NCBI GenBank assembly: GCA_951406725.2
Contig: OX597817.1
Span: 56,048,001 to 56,112,000 of the forward strand
Length of the DNA stretch: 64,000 nucleotides
Direction: 5' to 3'
DNA from: Octopus vulgaris
Taxonomy: Eukaryota
Positions 56,315-64,000 of this stretch are shown here, in pieces (position 1 is the stretch's first letter; every line of letters begins with the position of its first letter). Below the pieces are notes generated by a model. The model was not told the origin of the DNA. It did no database searches and was given only the letters and a program-made list of their open reading frames with translations. The translations under genes were made by a program, and so were the position numbers.

Positions 56315-56628
56315 TATATATATATATATATATACCATACACACACATATATATGCATGTATACACACGCACACACGCACACACATGTGAGACTAAGAAT
56401 TCGCTATGAATTCGTTAAGAATTCGCATTCACGTTTGAATTGATTGCAATTTGGCGAAACAAGTACCCAATACAAACAGGTGGGGTGGGGGGATCAACAT
56501 TTATTGAAGGCTGAGCACGCATTAGTCGATACTCGCAATTTTAGGTTTCCGCTCGTATTTACGACAGTATGTATGAGTGTACACGAATGCATGTTTATAT
56601 TTTCGATGTATGTATATATGGATCAAAA

Positions 56629-56930
56629 CGGCGAAATGGCAGAATCGTTGACACGCCGGACAAATTGCTTGGTGTTATTCCGTCCGTCCGTCAGAATTCA
56701 AATACCGACAAGGTTGACTCGGCTTTTCATCCTTTCGGGGTCGATTAAATAAGTTCGGGTTGAGTATTAGTCGTTGTAATTCGCTTACTCATTCCACGAA
56801 ATTGCGGGTATTGTGCCCAAAATCGAAAATATTATATGCATGGATTAAGTACCAGTTCAATACTGGAGTTTATGTAGTTGGCTTACACCTTCCATAAAAT
56901 TACTGGCATTGTGCCCCAAATTTGATACCA
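56629..56930 (+). mobile_element. Decayed SINE family A with duplicated 3' part
   Basis: GGCTTTTCATCCTTTCGGGGTCGATTAAATAAG. Another decayed copy at 62040-62225. Confidence 0.75.
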
Positions 56931-57015
56931 GGATATGTATGGATTTAAGTTTACCATAAATATGATTGACTTTGCGCATACATATATATGTATGTGTATG
57001 CGCATATATATGTAT

Positions 57016-57054
<39 letters not shown>

Positions 57055-57389
57055 GATATAGATATATAGATAGATATATAGATAGATAGATATCTACGTA
57101 TTTGTATGCATATGTGTATATGTATATATGTATGTGTATGCAAGTGTATATATATATATATAAATATGTATGTATATATATATGTATGTATGTATGCATG
57201 TATGTATGTATTATGTATGTAGGTGTGTGTGTGTGTGTGTGTGTGTGCAGGTTTGATGGTAACACAGCAGACAGGTGTTATATACAGGAAAGGATAGGGT
57301 TTGCTTGCATTGGTGGGGCCGGGCAGTATAATGCTTGTATTTTCATGGACAGTTGCACAGCCGCACAGACATACAGACAAAGCACGTGC

Positions 57390-57468
<79 letters not shown>

Positions 57469-57986
57469 GTATATGTATATACATATGTATACATGTATGT
57501 ATGCATGTATATATGTAGGCGTATATGCATGTATGTATGCATATCTGAAAGACTATTTCCCTCCTTACACAATTGTATGTATATTGTCATATTCCTGTAG
57601 AGATAAGTCTGCATATTCACATGTATTGTTGTACCTGTTTTTGTGATTAGCGAATGTGTATATGTGTGAGTTTGTGGTTACATGCTTATACATGCCTATT
57701 TATAAACACCTGTATACTTCAACATGCAATTGTGTGTGTGATTGTGTGCAAGTGTATTTTTATGTATGTGTATTACAAATTGTAGAATATTTCGATTATA
57801 CATTAAGACTATTTGTTACGCCATCAAAACGTTCTTCAGGTAAAGTGGAGAAAGGTCTAGTTTTATTACTTAGTAGATATTAATTTTGAAAAAATCGACT
57901 TTCCATCCGCCTTGGATGAAGGTTCATGAATGTGGAGAAACTAATCGCTGCAATATATAATCGGAATAGCTATCTATTTGATATGC

Positions 57987-58021
<35 letters not shown>

Positions 58022-58029
58022 CATACATA

Positions 58030-58103
<74 letters not shown>

Positions 58104-58476
58104 CATATGTACATATATATATACATATGCATATTCATACATGCATACATACATGTATGTATTTATATGTATATATATACATATACATATATATGCACAT
58201 ACATATATATGTATGCATATGTATATGTATATATATATATATGCATGTATATATGTGTATATATGCATATATATATATATGTGTATGTGTGTATGTGTGT
58301 GTGTGTGTGTCTGTGTGTATGTATATCTATACACGGATATACATATACGCATATAAAATTCCATATATATATGATATATATGATATATATGAATATGCGC
58401 ACATATATATCTTTTTATATTATATATATAGATGCATATACATATAATATATATATGAATGTATATATGTATGTAT

Positions 58477-58517
<41 letters not shown>

Positions 58518-59004
58518 GAGATGTTGACAGATAGACAGACAGACACTCACACATATACGGATAGAGAGAGAGGAAGAGAGACAGAGATAGAGAGAGAAAG
58601 ACATTCAAACCGACAGATAGATAGGCAGGTAGGTAGGTAGGTACATAGGTCTATAGGTAGGTAGGTAGGTGATTATAGGAAGTAGGTTGTTTAGTAAAAG
58701 GAGGGAGATGTGTAGATTTTTTTTTAAATGGAACGAGACGCGAGAAAGAGAAAGAAGTAAAGAATGAAAAACAGGAAGATATAGGAAGAAGAATGAGAGA
58801 TAGTGAGAGGAAGAAAGAGGAAGACAGAGACACGTGGAAGGGTGGGAGGAAAATGGACAGCAAAACAGTGATGAGGAATGTCGATGATGGAAAAAAATGG
58901 AGGGGAGGAGGCTGGTTGGAAGGGTTTGTTCTTTTGCTTGCATGCCACCTGCGCCACACCACCACCATCACATCGTCATCATCACCACCATCACCATGAT
59001 CATT

Positions 59005-59047
<43 letters not shown>

Positions 59048-59084
59048 ACATCATCCTCATCATCATCATCATCATCATCATCAA

Positions 59085-59164
<80 letters not shown>

Positions 59165-59227
59165 TAATATCAGAATTTTCTCGGAATGACTGACCTCATG
59201 AATTGCTAAACACACACACACAAAATA

Positions 59228-59510
59228 TTCATATATTCATACACACTTGCCCACACACACATACAGACACACACTTACACGCAGATACACATACACATAT
59301 ATTCATACACACTTGCCTACATATACATACAGACACACACCTACACGCAGATATACACACTCTTACACATATATTTATACACACTTGCCCACACACACAT
59401 ACAGACACACACTTACACACACACACATACACACACACTTACACAAATATTTATACACACTTGCCCTCACACACATACAGACACACACTTACACGCAGAT
59501 ACACACACAC
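59228..59510. repeat. Minisatellite of four ~65-75-bp units built from CA repeats
   Basis: The unit ATATT(C/T)ATACACACTTGCC...CATACAGACACACAC(T/C)TACAC recurs four times. Confidence 0.85.
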
Positions 59511-59625
59511 ACACACACACACACATAGGCACACTTACATAGAGACAAACAAGTACACACACACGTAAATACAGACACACGCATACATACACATACAACC
59601 ATTCGAATACACACTATCACACACT

Positions 59626-59679
<54 letters not shown>

Positions 59680-60102
59680 ACTCCTGCAAAACACACAATT
59701 ATATTTAGAAGATTAAGAAAAGGAAGGAGGGGGGTGAAGTTTGTTGAATGCTTTGGGAGGAAGGGGAGGCGGAGTGAGTAGAAGTAGGAGGAAAGAGCAA
59801 AATATGAAGATTGAGGGAGGGGGAGGGCATGGAAAGAGAATAATGAGGAGCGAAGGGAGAAGTGGGATGGTGGGAGGATGCGGGAATTGGGGAAAAAAGA
59901 AAGAAGAGGAGAATGAGGAACCGGAGAGCAACAACAACAGCAACAGCAACAATGTATGATATGCACGAGGAAAGAGAAAAGGGTGAAGAACAGGAAGAGA
60001 AACATTGGAGGAAAAATGTAGAGGAGGAGGGGGAAGAAGAGGAAGAGGAGGTGGAAAAGGAAGGAGAAGAAGAAGAAAAAGAAGTGGTGGAAAAAGAAGT
60101 GG

Positions 60103-60142
<40 letters not shown>

Positions 60143-60739
60143 AGTGGTTGTGGTGATAGCGGTAGTGGTGGTGGTGGTGGTGATGATGATGATAATGATG
60201 ATAGTGGTGATGGTGATGATAATGATGATTATGATGATGATGATAATGATGATAGTGGTGGTGGTGGTGGTGGTGGTGATGATGATAATGATGATGTTGA
60301 GGATAATGATGATAGTGGTGATAGCGGTAGTGGTGTTGGTGTTGGTGGTGGTGGTGGTGGTAGTGGTGCTGCTGCTGTTTGTAGTGGCGCTAGTAGTGGC
60401 AACGGAGGTGCTGCCTCTTATGTAGTCCAACAGAATAGCGTGAAACAGGTGTAGAGAGAGGAAAGAGATTATCATAAGAGAGTGTTTTTTCTTTATCATT
60501 ATTATTATTAGTTGTACTATTATTTTCTATATTATTCATTGTTTTGAATTAATTGCGATATGATGCTGTCTTTGCTGCTACTCTTGTCCGTCTTTGTCTT
60601 CCATCCCTCAGTCTCACTTCCTCAAAGCCTCCCCCGTGTCTCTTCCTCGATCCCCACTTTCTCTGACTAGATATTTCTCTACGTTTGTTCCACTCTCATT
60701 TAAATAATCATTCAACTCTCCATTAGTCTATCTATCTAG

Positions 60740-60780
<41 letters not shown>

Positions 60781-60812
60781 CATCTATCTGTCTGTCGGCC
60801 TGTCTGTCTGTT

Positions 60813-60869
<57 letters not shown>

Positions 60870-62001
60870 CTGTCTATCTATCAAACGAACAAACATATAT
60901 ATTATACACACATATATATATATATATAATATATATAATGTCCGTCAATTTGTCCATTTATTCCTTTATTTATCTTTGTATACCTATCTAATAATATATA
61001 TATATATATATGCATATATACATGTGTATATATATGTATATATGTAAATATATGTATATATGTATAAATATATGTACATAAAATGTATATATATGTATAT
61101 ATATATGCGTATATATATATAGTATATGCATATGCGTATGTATACATATATGTATGCAAATATGTATACATACGAAAGTATATTATACATACATACATAT
61201 ACATACGCGCACATGTTTTTTGTATGTGTGTGTGGGTGTGCTTGTGCGTGCGTGTGTGTGTGTATTTATAGCGGTTATAGTTCTAACCGTTTCTCTGTGA
61301 TTATATGCCTATTACTCTGCCAGTCTCCCACCCACTCACAGACACACACACGCGCGCCATGTCCATCTGTCTCCCTGTGGAATGCAAAGTCCATCGATTT
61401 GTCCCTGTTCCTGTGTAACTGTCCTATTTATTCCGATTCTAGCTCTGTTACCTACTCCTTCTGAGGTTAATCACCTCACGTACGTCGACACATACACACA
61501 CACACATACACATACACAGATGCACACACACACACGTACACGCACATACAAAATGGCACACATGCGTACACATATACACAGCCACAGAATCGGTTACACA
61601 GCAAATGCGGCACATGTGTCATATATTACTAAAAACACACCAGTGTTGCAGAATTAAGAAGCGATGCAATGACTGCTGTGACAGTCAAACTGTCCAGTGC
61701 CATTAACAGCTCCCTCAGCCTTGTTATCATCGACTCGGTAGCGTGTTCGATCCCAGAACACAGCACCTTGTTGCAAGAGTTGCTTTTTTTTTTATCTTAG
61801 CCTCACCTTCATTAATAATTAAGAAGTAATAATTAAGAAGTAAAAATTGGCAGTGTGCGGAATCATGCTGTATGTGTATGTGTGTGTGTGTATTATATAA
61901 CTGTGTGTTTATGCAAATAGGTGTATATATCGACATACATATATAGCATAGTTATGCATATTCATAAATGCATATGTACATATACATTATATACATACAC
62001 A

Positions 62002-62038
<37 letters not shown>

Positions 62039-62230
62039 ATATTGTTAGCACGCCGGACAAACTGTTTAGTACCATTTTCTCCGACTTCTTTATACGTTCT
62101 GTTCAAATTTGACTTAGCGTTTCGCTCTCTTAATATCGATAAAATAAATACCAGTTGCGTACTGGGGTCCATGCAATTGACTACGACCCCCACTTTCTAT
62201 TGCAGGCATTGTACCAAAATATGAAACCCC

Positions 62231-62284
<54 letters not shown>

Positions 62285-63219
62285 CGTCATCATTATTATT
62301 AATTGAATGCCTCCGTCTCTTCCTCTCCCTCTTCCTCCGCTTTCTCATCAACATCATTGTAATCGCCGTCTCCATCAATAGCAGAGTTATTCCTTTGAAG
62401 TTTACATACCAACCCTCCCTACCCATCCTCACCCCACGTGAGTCCAACAAGGCTCCCTCTTACTCCACGTTTCATCACCACCCTCTCCCCCTAACACACA
62501 GCAAAATCAATAATATCACACCCACCACCATCGCCGCCGCCACCACCACCACCGCCAACGCCGCCGACAACTTCGTCATTCATCAACCGCAGCCTCGGCT
62601 AACTTCATCGTCACATCCTCATCCTCACACCACAGCATCGCTCTTACACACACATACGCACAAAAAAAAAACTCATCTAACCAGCCAATCAACCAGCCAA
62701 CCAACCAGCGAAAACCGTCCCTCCCTCCCTCCCCCACTACCTTCCTTCGATCGATCGAACCGCCATCCATCCATCCATCCATGCTTTCATTCATTCATCC
62801 ATTCATCAAATCTGTTCCGACTTCCACGTCCCACCGCCAACAAGCCAGCCAGCCAACCAGCCAACCCACCAACCAACCAGTTGGTTGGAAAATGCTGACA
62901 GACAGACAGACAGACAGACTGAAGGACTGACAGAAAGTCACACAGACAGTCAGACAGATAGACACAGAGTGGCAGACGAACGGATAGACGGGCAGACAGG
63001 CGACCGGTAGAGATATCGTTCAGTTAAATGTTATGCAGTGAACCGACACAGGCAGTGTTGGGAGCTTTTACACAATCGAAGCTGCCAAGGGGGATAAAAA
63101 AATAATAATTATTATTCCTAAAGTCAGCATTCCACTCAGCGTCCATATTGATGACCCGTATAACACGTCAAACCAGCAATGTCTTTCCATTTTGTCCTCC
63201 TCATAGCACTTCAATACCT

Positions 63220-63258
<39 letters not shown>

Positions 63259-63557
63259 CCTTCTGAACACATACATATATGACACGAATGTACACGTAAG
63301 CGTATAAACGTTGGATTTCATTGGAGTACAAAGTACATTGACTGCTATACGTACATGGATACTCTGTGAGAAGAATATAGAAGTACGTTAGAAAAATGGA
63401 GTACACTTCATGTTTTGTAGAACAGGATTACAGGATACAGAGTACCAGATTCTTCGGATTTTGGGAGTATATCTTTGGAGTAAAACGAAACTGAAAATTG
63501 TTTCATATACAGCGGCAAATACGTTATGTCTACATTTTCATAGAAACATACACCTGC

Positions 63558-63645
<88 letters not shown>

Positions 63646-63918
63646 ATAGAAAGGTGTCTGTGTGTATGCTTGTATGTTTATGACAAATATTTATGGCTTT
63701 ATTCAAATATAATTTATTTTAAAAGAAATGAGAAGCAAACAGAAAATGAAAGGATTCGCTCCATTAGAGAAAGACAATATTTAGAATATCTGCAATGGTG
63801 AAATTCTTCAAAGATTAATATCTATCTATCTATCTAAAGATCTATCTATCTACCTACCTACTATATATTCATTCACACACACACACATACATGTATATAC
63901 ACAATGCACACACATAGT

Positions 63919-63989
<71 letters not shown>

Positions 63990-64000
63990 CTATGAATGTA

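Overview
AT-rich, microsatellite-saturated eukaryotic DNA with no recognisable intact host protein-coding gene. Nearly every ORF in the track is a translation of simple repeats. The repeat families look like those of an octopus/coleoid genome (recalled from memory, not searched). Contents: about 25 SINE copies from at least three tRNA-headed families; decayed LINE fragments (L1/Tx1, RTE, CR1, R4/Dong-like); hAT- and Tc1/mariner-type MITEs; and a 5'-truncated tRNA-Asp(GTC) copy fused to a retroposon-type tail. The main hidden structure is a set of short, mutually dissimilar inserts in or beside TA-rich tracts that carry type I hammerhead-ribozyme motifs. Six fold well and about five are decayed. 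The six share a palindromic, dimer-type stem III, as described for Penelope-like elements. One has a compensated G3-C8 core swap, three have 59-77 nt stem II domains, and several sit in fold-back inverted repeats. All folds were derived by eye, and none has been computed or assayed.
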